From positions 1 to 56,006 of IMG/VR virus record IMGVR_UViG_3300038856_000078: 56,006 nucleotides of DNA. One strand, given 5' to 3'. The position numbers were made by a program, and so were the translations under genes. The stretch comes from a virus. Lineage: Duplodnaviria; Caudoviricetes. Positions within the stretch are counted from its first letter, which is position 1. Each line of letters opens with the position of its first letter. Positions 46,869 through 56,006 of this stretch are shown here, piece by piece. A model generated the notes under the pieces. The model did no database searches and was not told where the DNA came from. It was given only the letters and a program-made list of their open reading frames with translations.

Positions 46869-49620
46869 AACTCAAGTTTTAGAACGTGAGTGCAAGGGGT
46901 TGATGCTGAATCCCAACCCCTATGCTCTGCCTGAGGGTGCCCTCACTGAGGCGGATAATGTGGTTATTGACAGGCCAAACGTTATCTCCAAGGCGAGAGG
47001 TTTCAACCGCTATGGGGACGCGCTTTCGAACGCTCCCAGCGCCATGTCGGAGTTCAACGACAAGGTATTGGTGCTGGACGGCACGACCCTGAAATACGAT
47101 TCAGACGGGGCAGGGACGTGGAGTAGCCTATCTGGCACCTTCTCGCCGCCCGACGCGAACAACAGGATGAGGTTCGCAGAGAGCCTTTTTGCACTCTTCT
47201 TCACCACAAGCGGAGGCTTGTATAGACTTGACACACTTTCAGGGACGCCCGCTCGATCTGGTCTTCCGCAGGGCCTCGATATGGAGGCGACTTTTGCGGG
47301 TACTGGCCTCGGCTTTTTTAACACTGCGGCGCAAATCGCATACAAAGTCGTGTACGTTCGGAAAGACGGCAACGACCAAGAGATTATCGGAGCACCCGCC
47401 TTTCGACTCGTGGTCAAGAATCCCGTAACGGCTACTACGTGGTCCCGCTCCAGTACTACGCTGACCGTGACCCATACCGCTCATGGGTACTCGACTAATG
47501 ACACGGTTATCGTGACTGGCAGCACGGATTCCAACACGGAGAGCGTGTTATCTATAATCACGGTCTCGGATGCGGATACATACACCTACGACGTCGCAGA
47601 CACGGGGGACACCAGCGGAACGCAGGACGTGCGGCGGGACGAGAATGTGACGCTGGTGACTACGATTCCGGACGAGATTGCCGCGGGCGACTTCCTTGAG
47701 GTCTATAGGACCGAGATGTCAGCGGACATCAGCACGGACCCCGGTGGCAGGTTTCTCAAGGTGACTCGTATCGAACTTGCGTCTGGAGACATTACAACCG
47801 GGACCTATTCATTCTCGGACGACTTTCCCGAGGCGTTTCTGGGTGCGGAACTCTACGACAATCAGACCGCGGAAGGGTCCGACCAGTCGAACTACCGCGC
47901 ACCGTACATGACGGACGCTGTGTACTGGAATGGTCACATGTGGGGCTGCAACACCCGCAACCCACACCGCCTCCGGCTCGACATGAAGACCACGGAGGAC
48001 ATGACGGTAACGACGGACAGTATCACTATTGGAGGCAGGACATATATCCCTGAGACCGCGGAGGATATTGGCTCGCAAGAGTTCCTACTCGACCAAGGGC
48101 AAACCACCGAGGCTCAGAACGTGGAGAACACGTCCCGGAGCCTCGTCCGCGTTGCGAATCAAGACTCCGGGAACACTACTTTTTATCTTCACTACGTGTC
48201 GGGTCCGAATGACCCTCCGGGTCAAATTCTAATTGAACGTAGGGACTTAACAGATACTGCGCTGTCTGTAACCGCTTCTGCCGCAGACATAGGTGGAGAC
48301 TTTGAGCCAGTTCTTCCAACTTCAGGGTCGACTGTGGCGACTGAAGCTGTTCAGCAGACAAATCGAGTATTTCATTCCAAATTTGAACAGCCAGACGCTT
48401 GGCCTCTTCTGAATTTTGACGATATCGGGCCTTCCAGGTCGAAAGTGCTTCGTTTGATTCCATTGCGGGATTCTCTCCTTGTGTTTACAGAACGGGGGGT
48501 TTACAGGATTCATGGGCCTACTGAAATCGATTTTACAATTGACCAGATTGAGACGGACATTCAGCTTCTTGCTCCTGAGAGCCCTGCGGTTCTTTCGGAC
48601 TCAGTCTGGTGCTTCACGAACCAAGGGGTCGTGAGCCTTAACGAGAACGGGGCTCGGGTCCGGTCGTTCTACGGCATTGACCGCGAGCTCCAGAAGCTTC
48701 AGACCTTTTCCAACTTCAAGACCCTTACATGGGGGATTGCGTATGACGAGGACCATAAATACATCCTTTGGGCACAGGACGAGAGTGGTGATTCGACGGC
48801 CACCGTGGGGTGGGTCTGGAACGAATTCACCGAAACCTGGACCAGGCGACTCAAAAAGGTGTCGTGTGGGGTAGTGCCGCAGGAGGCTCAGGTCATGTAC
48901 TTGGGGCACGCGGTCGATACCGTGGTTCTCAAGGAGCGTAAGAGTTTTACCGCGAATTCGGTTGACTTTGTCGACGAGAGCATTCCCATTACCATTACGT
49001 CGGTATCTACTGGGTCGCATCCCACGTCTGGTGCTACGGTCTCGGAGCTGACATTTACCTACACTTACACCGGTACGACGATGGCCACGGAGTTTGGCAT
49101 CTCGCAGGGAACGGATTTCGGTAGGGTGTTGGCGCTGGTGGATAATGGGTCGGACTCCTATACGGCTACGCTGGACACGCTGGGCGCGAATTGGTCTGCT
49201 GCGTCGGCCACTGCTGACCTTCCTATTGCGTCTCGGGTGCGGTGGGCTCCCGAAGTAAATGGAGACCCCAGCAAGAAGAAGCAATATACGTACGCAGTTC
49301 TGAGCCTCGAGGCAGATACCGCAAGGTCCTTGACGCTGAAGTTCTGGAGTGATACCCAGAACATTGAAGTTGCGGTCAACGCGGTTGTGCTTGCGGTAGC
49401 CATTGGGTGGGGTTCAGTTGCTTGGGGCTCGAGCCCGTGGGGCTCTGGGTCCAAGAACCGTCGGTCCACGCCCATTCGCGTCCCGGTTCCAAGGCGCTGC
49501 CAGAAAGCTCGGGCCTTGTCGACAATCGTTGAGCACTCTCGGGCGCGTTCGTATTTCGACATTGTGAATTTGGGCCTTAGTGTTCGGAACATTAGCTCTC
49601 GGACGGACTTTGCTCCTTAG
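46846..49620 (+). CDS. Tail nozzle / stabilization protein (tubular protein B-like)
   Basis: 924 aa; GL..NP...LPEGAL.EADNV start; propeller-like repeats; inserted TVTHTAHGYSTND module. Confidence 0.7.
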   Translation: MPPKEELETQVLERECKGLMLNPNPYALPEGALTEADNVVIDRPNVISKARGFNRYGDALSNAPSAMSEFNDKVLVLDGTTLKYDSDGAGTWSSLSGTFSPPDANNRMRFAESLFALFFTTSGGLYRLDTLSGTPARSGLPQGLDMEATFAGTGLGFFNTAAQIAYKVVYVRKDGNDQEIIGAPAFRLVVKNPVTATTWSRSSTTLTVTHTAHGYSTNDTVIVTGSTDSNTESVLSIITVSDADTYTYDVADTGDTSGTQDVRRDENVTLVTTIPDEIAAGDFLEVYRTEMSADISTDPGGRFLKVTRIELASGDITTGTYSFSDDFPEAFLGAELYDNQTAEGSDQSNYRAPYMTDAVYWNGHMWGCNTRNPHRLRLDMKTTEDMTVTTDSITIGGRTYIPETAEDIGSQEFLLDQGQTTEAQNVENTSRSLVRVANQDSGNTTFYLHYVSGPNDPPGQILIERRDLTDTALSVTASAADIGGDFEPVLPTSGSTVATEAVQQTNRVFHSKFEQPDAWPLLNFDDIGPSRSKVLRLIPLRDSLLVFTERGVYRIHGPTEIDFTIDQIETDIQLLAPESPAVLSDSVWCFTNQGVVSLNENGARVRSFYGIDRELQKLQTFSNFKTLTWGIAYDEDHKYILWAQDESGDSTATVGWVWNEFTETWTRRLKKVSCGVVPQEAQVMYLGHAVDTVVLKERKSFTANSVDFVDESIPITITSVSTGSHPTSGATVSELTFTYTYTGTTMATEFGISQGTDFGRVLALVDNGSDSYTATLDTLGANWSAASATADLPIASRVRWAPEVNGDPSKKKQYTYAVLSLEADTARSLTLKFWSDTQNIEVAVNAVVLAVAIGWGSVAWGSSPWGSGSKNRRSTPIRVPVPRRCQKARALSTIVEHSRARSYFDIVNLGLSVRNISSRTDFAP

Positions 49621-49867
49621 ATTTCTTTTTGATTGTGAACCGTATAGTTTTTGGATCATACCCACGGGCTTCAAATTCTTCTACAAGAGTATTTTTCTGT
49701 TGACCCAGATGAAAGGCTTCTGACCAACAGTTACGACAAACACACGGATTACAAAAAATACTTATTGCAAAGCCACCGTCCGTTTTATCAGGGTACCAGA
49801 CTCTATAATCTTGTTCCTTTTCACACCATCTAACAAGTAAAGTATCAGGACTAACTCGTCTACCCAT
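49592..49867 (-). CDS. Hypothetical phage protein, antisense within the tail operon
   Basis: SD AAGGAG; AT-rich; EEFEARGYDPKTIRFTI motif. Confidence 0.65.
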   Translation of the reverse strand: MGRRVSPDTLLVRWCEKEQDYRVWYPDKTDGGFAISIFCNPCVCRNCWSEAFHLGQQKNTLVEEFEARGYDPKTIRFTIKKKSKEQSPSES

Positions 49868-50246
49868 GAAAGTCGGCTCCTTTAGACGTTACAGCAAGGA
49901 AGATTATAAAGAGCTACCCCCGTGGGGCGAGCAGTTCTTTACTCAACTTAACAAGGTTCTGGAGACGCATAACAACGCCCTCTCGAACGGGCTTAATTTT
50001 GCGGACAACTTCAGGTCAGAGGTTCGGACACTTCAGATTCCCCATGATACCGCATTTCAGATTCAATTGCAAGAACTTTCCCGCGCCCCAATAGGGGCAT
50101 TTGTGCTCTTCTCAGACTTCTTCGAATACTCGAAATTCACTTGGCGGCAGACTCCAGACACTGCCCTTTCAGTAGAGGTTAAGATAAAATGGGACTCAAC
50201 CCCAACAAAAGACCCAACTGTTACACTTGTATTCATAGGTAGATAA
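49866..50246 (+). CDS. Virion-associated hypothetical protein
   Basis: Fills the slot between nozzle and internal proteins; L..GLNFADNF motif. Confidence 0.6.
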   Translation: MKVGSFRRYSKEDYKELPPWGEQFFTQLNKVLETHNNALSNGLNFADNFRSEVRTLQIPHDTAFQIQLQELSRAPIGAFVLFSDFFEYSKFTWRQTPDTALSVEVKIKWDSTPTKDPTVTLVFIGR

Positions 50247-51988
50247 TGGCATACCTCGACGAATCACCCTCCAATTTCCAGCAGAACAAAGAGTACCTCA
50301 TGACTGGGGATACTCGTCCTGCTCCCGGTATGGACCAGCAGCAGAGGCAGCGGGACGCGTCCAACGCTCCGAGGCTGCAGGACTTTGGTGGGGGAGTCTC
50401 TACTGGCGCTGGAGGTGCAACTGGTACGATCCAGTCTGCCCCAGAGATGGACATGCGGACCACGAGCGCCCCTCAGTCGACAACCACAACCGAGGAGAAG
50501 AAACCAGATGGCACGATTAAGACCACGACACAAGAGCAGAAGCCGGTATTCAAAACTACAGGCTCACTCATGCAAAGGCTCACTAATCCGGTTTCAGAAG
50601 GGGCGCAGCAGGGCCAAGAGCAGCTCCAGCAGGCATCCCAGGCGTTTAAGGAACTCGCCGGACCGTCCCGCACCTTCGAATCGGTAGGAGGTGCCGGGAC
50701 CTTAAATCAGGCCGTAGAGTCTGGGACCGGCATGGAGGACGCGAGGGCTCTGGCCAATGCTCAGTACGGTGGTCCTCAGGGGCTGGCTAATACTGACGTG
50801 GCAAATCTTCAGAATCTCTACACGGATATCTCGAATCGTGCCTCAGCGTTGGGTACGGGCGGCGGTCTTGCGACTATGATTCAGCAGAGCGTACCGGGTT
50901 TGACGCGGGGACAGGCGGAGTACGAGGCCAAGAGGCGGCTGGCAGATTCCAAGGTTGCAGGCCGGGACCTCAGGTTTGAGCAGGTCAACCCATTGAGGGC
51001 AGCGATTGAAAGTGAAACGGAGGGGGCCGAGGAGTTCGCGGGACAGAGGACAGCCGAAGAAGACGCCATTCGTGAGGCTTCCCGCGGACTCCTCACCGGT
51101 CGTCAGGATGTGATTTCCGAAGACATCCAGTCCGCGATTGACAAGGCCCTGAAGCAGCAGGAAGGGGCGCAGACTGCGTACGCGAATATTTCAGACCAAG
51201 GAACCCTTGACGCGATTCGGGCAGCATCCCCGTACCTTCAGTCCGGGACCACAGAAGCCCCAGGAGAGATGATTGGGAAGGATGTGGCCGAGGCACTATA
51301 TAGCCCCCAAGCGCGGCAGACAGCCGAAGGAGAGGCTTTGAAGCAGGCCATTCTAAATGACCCGAGATATGCGTCGGTTGCCCAATACGACCCTCTTGAA
51401 CTTGGGATAACTAAGCGGGGAACAGAACTGTACGACATAGGCGGGGAAGACTACAGGAAGGTCGTCCCAGACAAGACAACCAGAAGCCTTCTCTACGAGA
51501 GGCAGAAGGAATTGGAAAAGGCGTTTAGCCCGAAGACCAAGGCTCTTGGTGAATATGGCACCACGAATCCGCTTTACTATGGGGATAACTACGAATCCCT
51601 TGACACAAGAAATTACATGGGCTTTGACCCCGGCACATCGCCCAGTAGAGAGAACGTATCCAGTGATGTCCAAAAAACTCAGTACAACAGGATATCTGAC
51701 CTAATGGGGTCTTTGGACAGCATCGGTGAGGCAGAACCATTCCGGGCCGCAAAGATTTACGCTGAGGTGGGTAAATACCTCGATGACGAGGAGAAGAACC
51801 TTGAAGCCAAGGGCGAGAAGTTGTCTGAACAGGACAAGGAATGGCGGCAAATGGTCAAGGGCGCAAGGAAGAAGTATAAGAAGGCGAAGTCTAAGCCGTA
51901 CGCTCAGATAGGTGGAATTATTGCCACAGTCCTCGTGCCCGGCGGCAAGGGAGAAGGCGAGCAAATAGGCGCAGCAGCCTACCAATAA
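50246..51988 (+). CDS. Internal virion (ejection) protein candidate
   Basis: Gln/Ala/Gly-rich helical protein after the tail genes. Confidence 0.6.
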   Translation: MAYLDESPSNFQQNKEYLMTGDTRPAPGMDQQQRQRDASNAPRLQDFGGGVSTGAGGATGTIQSAPEMDMRTTSAPQSTTTTEEKKPDGTIKTTTQEQKPVFKTTGSLMQRLTNPVSEGAQQGQEQLQQASQAFKELAGPSRTFESVGGAGTLNQAVESGTGMEDARALANAQYGGPQGLANTDVANLQNLYTDISNRASALGTGGGLATMIQQSVPGLTRGQAEYEAKRRLADSKVAGRDLRFEQVNPLRAAIESETEGAEEFAGQRTAEEDAIREASRGLLTGRQDVISEDIQSAIDKALKQQEGAQTAYANISDQGTLDAIRAASPYLQSGTTEAPGEMIGKDVAEALYSPQARQTAEGEALKQAILNDPRYASVAQYDPLELGITKRGTELYDIGGEDYRKVVPDKTTRSLLYERQKELEKAFSPKTKALGEYGTTNPLYYGDNYESLDTRNYMGFDPGTSPSRENVSSDVQKTQYNRISDLMGSLDSIGEAEPFRAAKIYAEVGKYLDDEEKNLEAKGEKLSEQDKEWRQMVKGARKKYKKAKSKPYAQIGGIIATVLVPGGKGEGEQIGAAAYQ

Positions 51989-52018
51989 GGAACAAATAAC
52001 TAAAAAAGGAGTAAGCGA

Positions 52019-52960
52019 ATGGCACTGGGAGGCATTGTAGCTGCAATTGTGAACGCTGCGGACAAGGGCAGCGACGGGAAGAAGTACCTAAAAAAGGGCA
52101 TGGAGGAGTGGGAGAACCTCGAACTTCCCGAGTACGCTAAGCTAATCGCGCCGTACCTTCAGAGCACGGGGCAGATGACCCCGGAGATTTATGACGCGAT
52201 TACGAGTGGGGAGTTTCGTGGCATTGAGGAGGACCCACAGGCAGAGCAGAAGCAGCTCGAGAACCTCGGGCGGCTGGAGCAGATTGCCAAGGAGGGCATT
52301 CCTCTTGAGGACCGCTTGGCGGCTGACGAGGCACAGAGGTCGGTGGCGCAGGAAGGGTCTCGGGCTCGGGAGCAGATTATTGCGAACCTCGCCCGTCGGG
52401 GCCGTGGAGGCTCGGGTGCGGAGCTCGCGGCTAAACTCGCGTCAACCGGACAGCAGGAGGAGATGGCTCGAGGCATGGGGACGGACCTCGCGAGGCAGCT
52501 CTTGGACCGCAGGATGCAGGCCATTGGCCAAATGGGCGGGCAGCTCGGGCAGTTCCGAGGCCAGAACATTGGGAAGGAAGCGCAGATTTCCCAGATGCAG
52601 AACCGGTACAACGAGTTCCTTTCGAATCTCAACACCCAGGCGGCGGCCGATGCGGCTCGTCAGCGACAGATGTCCCAGCAGTACAACTTGGGCAACCGGC
52701 AGCGGATTGCGGACCAAAATGTGCAGAATCAGTACAATACGCAACTCGACAGGAACCAGCAGCTTCAGCAGGGCTTTCAGGACCGCTTGGCTAAAACCTC
52801 GGGTCTTACGAATCAGTTCGCTGGACTCGCAGCCCAGCAGAACGCACGCCAGGCCCAGAAGCAGGCTCGGGTTCAGGCTGCGGGGGCTGGGGTTGATAGC
52901 CTTATCAACACAGTGACAAAGAGCCTGTTACCAGCGCAGTCGCCGGCAGGAGGTGGATAA
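52019..52960 (+). CDS. Internal virion (ejection) protein candidate
   Basis: MALGGIVAA start; Q/A-rich; ARRG.GGSG.ELAA motif. Confidence 0.65.
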   Translation: MALGGIVAAIVNAADKGSDGKKYLKKGMEEWENLELPEYAKLIAPYLQSTGQMTPEIYDAITSGEFRGIEEDPQAEQKQLENLGRLEQIAKEGIPLEDRLAADEAQRSVAQEGSRAREQIIANLARRGRGGSGAELAAKLASTGQQEEMARGMGTDLARQLLDRRMQAIGQMGGQLGQFRGQNIGKEAQISQMQNRYNEFLSNLNTQAAADAARQRQMSQQYNLGNRQRIADQNVQNQYNTQLDRNQQLQQGFQDRLAKTSGLTNQFAGLAAQQNARQAQKQARVQAAGAGVDSLINTVTKSLLPAQSPAGGG

Positions 52961-54693
52961 TGGCCACAACTCAATATGAATCGTTTTTACGCGATACAAA
53001 TCTAATGGATACTCTCAAGGAGATAGAGGAGAAACTAAAGGCCGGAGCACCTACGGTTGGGCCGCAGATCCCTGCTGGAGGGTTTCCTTCAGAACCACAG
53101 TTGCCAGAGGAGCCCTATGGCCCACAACTTCCAGAGGGGTGGACTCCTTCCCTAAAGGAACAAGCAACTCCTCCCCGAAAAGGAGTTTCAGTAGAAGATC
53201 TTATTGCTTCTGCAGACGCTCAGAGGTCGCTTAGGTCAGGTCCTCAGATGCGACCCGGTGCGGATACTCGGACCATGGATCAACTCAGGGGTGCAGAACA
53301 GCCTTCACTTCTGAAGACAGCAATCGACATGTATCATGCCGTGAAAAGTGGTAAAGACCAAACATACGAAGCACCCTCCGGGCAGCCGGACCCGGAGTTT
53401 CTTGCCATGCGGGCTAAAAACGAGAAGATGGCAAACTTCCAGTCTCCAGAATACGACATGATGGGTCGCAGGACAGCTCCCAGTGGTATTCCGGGAATGG
53501 AACCGCCTCCTCCGCCGCCTGACCAGTTCAAGTCTCCAGAATACGACATGATGGGACGTAGGACTTCGCCGAGTGGGATTGAGGGCATGGGGCAAAAGCC
53601 TCTTGACATAGCGTCTCTGGGGGAGCCAAAAGGGGTTCAGGGCCCGCCCCAGACAGACCAATGGGACCGTATTGCGGAGCTCGCGCCTGACGACTCGGGT
53701 GCAAGGAATCGTATGATCCTGAGCATCATGGAGGGGTTGACTCGTGCCGGGGCCGAGGCTTCTAACGTGCCGCTGATTACGGAGCTGTTGGCGGGCAAGG
53801 GTCGCGGACCCACGGATCAGACGAATGCAGACATGCTCCGCCAGTTTATCGACAAGGGGGCACAGTCGGACGAGCAGAAGAAGGCGTGGGCCACGAGCTC
53901 AGCACGTAAGGCCGCGGAGGATATGTATGGGAGGAAGTTCGATTCTCCTGATGACCTGAAGACGTTTCAGCAGACCCAGAAGGGCGAGGCGGACATCAAG
54001 GCCCAAGAGGGGCTTACCGAGAGCCGGAAGTTCGCTTCTCAACTCAAGAAGGACGAGGCGGAGTACACGCAGAAGGTTGCGGAGCAAAGGAAGCAGTTGC
54101 TTGCGTCGGGGGACCTATCGGGCCTCGACAAGGATTCCCAGAAGAAGCTTGACGAGCTTCGCACGAATCTCAATAAGGAAGAGGCTAAACTCATCGATTC
54201 GGTCCGTATTGCTGATAAGGGCCTGAAGTCTGTGGACGAACTTAGTGACAATGACATGGCGTACATGGCTGCAGGAGTCATGGTAGCCCGTGCCTCTGGT
54301 GAGGTTGGAAACCTGTCGAAGACTGAGGTGCAGGTTTACAACAAGCACCCCCATGCAGAAGGACAGCTCGAGGCGTTCGCTGATTGGGCGCGAGGTGAGA
54401 TTTCTCAGGGCCGCAGGGACACCGTCATGGAGATTCTAAAGCACCATCGGGACGAAGGAATCAAGCGGCTCAGGCAGCGCGTCACGGACGAAACTGACGC
54501 CTTCCGCACCTTCAACAAGGACGCAAACCCAGACGCCGTCATGAAGTTCATGGGCCTGGGTATGCCAGAAGAGGTTCAGGGGAAGGCTAAAGCTGAGATG
54601 GTTGAAATGTATAATCCAAAAGAAGATAGGATTGTACCTGTAAAGCCTGAACATGTAGAAGGACTTAAATTGAAAGGCTGGAGCGTTCAGTAA
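52960..54693 (+). CDS. Internal virion (ejection) protein candidate
   Basis: Pro-rich N-terminal half, helical C-terminal half; internal repeat. Confidence 0.6.
   Translation: MATTQYESFLRDTNLMDTLKEIEEKLKAGAPTVGPQIPAGGFPSEPQLPEEPYGPQLPEGWTPSLKEQATPPRKGVSVEDLIASADAQRSLRSGPQMRPGADTRTMDQLRGAEQPSLLKTAIDMYHAVKSGKDQTYEAPSGQPDPEFLAMRAKNEKMANFQSPEYDMMGRRTAPSGIPGMEPPPPPPDQFKSPEYDMMGRRTSPSGIEGMGQKPLDIASLGEPKGVQGPPQTDQWDRIAELAPDDSGARNRMILSIMEGLTRAGAEASNVPLITELLAGKGRGPTDQTNADMLRQFIDKGAQSDEQKKAWATSSARKAAEDMYGRKFDSPDDLKTFQQTQKGEADIKAQEGLTESRKFASQLKKDEAEYTQKVAEQRKQLLASGDLSGLDKDSQKKLDELRTNLNKEEAKLIDSVRIADKGLKSVDELSDNDMAYMAAGVMVARASGEVGNLSKTEVQVYNKHPHAEGQLEAFADWARGEISQGRRDTVMEILKHHRDEGIKRLRQRVTDETDAFRTFNKDANPDAVMKFMGLGMPEEVQGKAKAEMVEMYNPKEDRIVPVKPEHVEGLKLKGWSVQ
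53436..53590 (+). repeat. Imperfect 90 bp-period intragenic repeat
   Basis: F(Q/K)SPEYDMMGRRT(A/S)PSGI(P/E)GM encoded twice. Confidence 0.85.
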
Positions 54694-56006
54694 TGCCCAC
54701 ACCTGACGAATTAGAAGCAATGTACTCCAATCCTTCGCCCGAAGGTGAGGATCTTGAATCCCTATACTCAAAAGAAAAGGGACGAAAGCCCAAGCCCGGT
54801 GAGACGTGGAAGAACCCTCTCGACGAGCAGCATCCCGAGGTGTCGCGCTTCTTCATCAAGAACTTTGCGTCGGCTACCCCTGAGACTATGGGCCGTGCGC
54901 TGGCGGAGAACTTCGAGGTCAAGCACCGAGGCGGCTATGACTATTCAATCCGAAAGCCTGGTGAGAAGAAGTGGCGGGTTGTAGACCGTAAGTCGTGGAC
55001 TGACTGGATTCCTTTCTATGGTGGAGACTGGTCCGACATGGTAGGGGACATTGTCACTGGGATTGGGTCCGTGATTGGGGCGGGCGCTACGTCTCCAGGT
55101 ATTGTGACTTCTGCTGCAGGTGCGGCGGCGGGGGCTGGAGCCGCTCAAGCTGCTTGGCAGGGACTCGGGTCCTTGCTCGGCTCAGGCGTTACCCCAGGTG
55201 AAGCAGCCAAGAGCGTGGCGTTCGAGGCGGGCGCTGGGGCAGTTGGAGACGTCGCAGGACGTGCCCTTATTGACCCACTCGTCAAGGGCGGGTCTCGGGT
55301 CGTGAAGCGTGGACTGCTCGGTAATGTCGACGAGGTCGCTGGGCGAAATGCTAAGAACCTCATGGATTATGAGAAGGCTTTGGCCACGTTGGCTCCTGAG
55401 GAGGCGGCTAAGGTGGCGCGTCCTGAACTCGAGAAGGCGTCTCATGGGCTTCTTGGTGGGCTGGCGCGTAAGGGCGAAAAGGCTGCGGATGAATTGGCTG
55501 CGGCGGAGACTCGAGGAATGCAGGAGTTGCTCGACCTTGAGGACGACATCTTGCGGGACCAGGCTGCAGAGATTGGGGTTGAGACTACCCGGAAGGCTAC
55601 CGCCAAGGAGGTCAAGGAGGCCATTGTAGCACAGCATGAGGCTTCTGTCAAGGAAGGAATCAAGGCTGCCCAGAAGGAACTTGACCGCGCCCAAGCTGTC
55701 ATGAAGCGTAAGACGGGGGTCGAGGGCGGTCTTGCCAAAACCGCGAAGGAAACTGCGGAACGAAAGTTGTCGGCGCTCAAGGACGTGGCGAAGAGGGGCC
55801 CGGCTAAAACGGCTGCGGAACTCCTCGATAAGGCTGAAAAGCTTGCACAAGAAATGAACACCGGCACGGACGTTGGGAAGATGGAAGCACAAAGATTGGG
55901 CATTGACCTCGACCTTCCTCACGAGGCGGTTGCACAAAAAGTGTTCAAGGCACAGGACCCAACGAAGATTGAGGCAGTCCGTGGCCAGGTAGACCGAGTC
56001 ATGGAG
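54693..56006 (+). CDS. Large internal virion protein, 3' partial
   Basis: ATG 54693 coupled to the upstream TAA (MPTPDELEAMY...); appears open to the window end; Ala/Gly-rich. Confidence 0.7.
   Translation, partial: MPTPDELEAMYSNPSPEGEDLESLYSKEKGRKPKPGETWKNPLDEQHPEVSRFFIKNFASATPETMGRALAENFEVKHRGGYDYSIRKPGEKKWRVVDRKSWTDWIPFYGGDWSDMVGDIVTGIGSVIGAGATSPGIVTSAAGAAAGAGAAQAAWQGLGSLLGSGVTPGEAAKSVAFEAGAGAVGDVAGRALIDPLVKGGSRVVKRGLLGNVDEVAGRNAKNLMDYEKALATLAPEEAAKVARPELEKASHGLLGGLARKGEKAADELAAAETRGMQELLDLEDDILRDQAAEIGVETTRKATAKEVKEAIVAQHEASVKEGIKAAQKELDRAQAVMKRKTGVEGGLAKTAKETAERKLSALKDVAKRGPAKTAAELLDKAEKLAQEMNTGTDVGKMEAQRLGIDLDLPHEAVAQKVFKAQDPTKIEAVRGQVDRVME

Larger units (their letters stand above)
1..56006. 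mobile_element. Tailed dsDNA bacteriophage genome (podovirus-like), partial
   Basis: TerL, portal, scaffold, major capsid, tail and ejection-type genes, PolA, primase-helicase and dense small ORFs. No host housekeeping context, no tape measure or sheath gene. Confidence 0.97.

Noticed and set aside
1-56006. Prophage/lysogeny module, tRNA genes, endolysin, phage RNA polymerase
   Set aside because: None recognisable by eye; they could lie outside the window or be too divergent.

Overview
This window is most of a ~55% GC tailed dsDNA phage genome (Caudoviricetes, podovirus-type virion); no flanking host genes, integrase, tRNA, rRNA or CRISPR were seen. Layout: (1) 1-14.4 kb, + strand replication/nucleotide module (SNF2-like helicase, SSB-like protein, Dda/RecD-like helicase, HD hydrolase, class II RNR, MazG/DUF550-like protein, family A DNA polymerase, DUF3310, nuclease); (2) 14.4-21.35 kb, - strand accessory operon (PEP-CTERM protein, two paralogous modular proteins, sulfotransferase-fold protein, MT-A70 methyltransferase); (3) divergent primase-VirE helicase; (4) 23.5-31.7 kb, mostly - strand small early-type genes with interleaved + strand genes (ClpP-like, TerS-like), a PagL-like beta-barrel and a noncoding origin-like region; (5) 32-56 kb, + strand packaging and virion module (endonuclease VII, second sulfotransferase-fold protein, TerL, portal, scaffold, major capsid protein, tail and internal virion proteins, the last running off the window). 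Most notable: a candidate phage-encoded host-envelope remodelling set (PEP-CTERM protein, lipidated PagL-like deacylase, lipoproteins), two sulfotransferase-fold paralogs, modular genes with several in-frame SD+ATG starts, sigma54-type sites in the early control region, and head-to-head genes sharing a CATG. All assignments come from motif recognition by eye; no searches were run.
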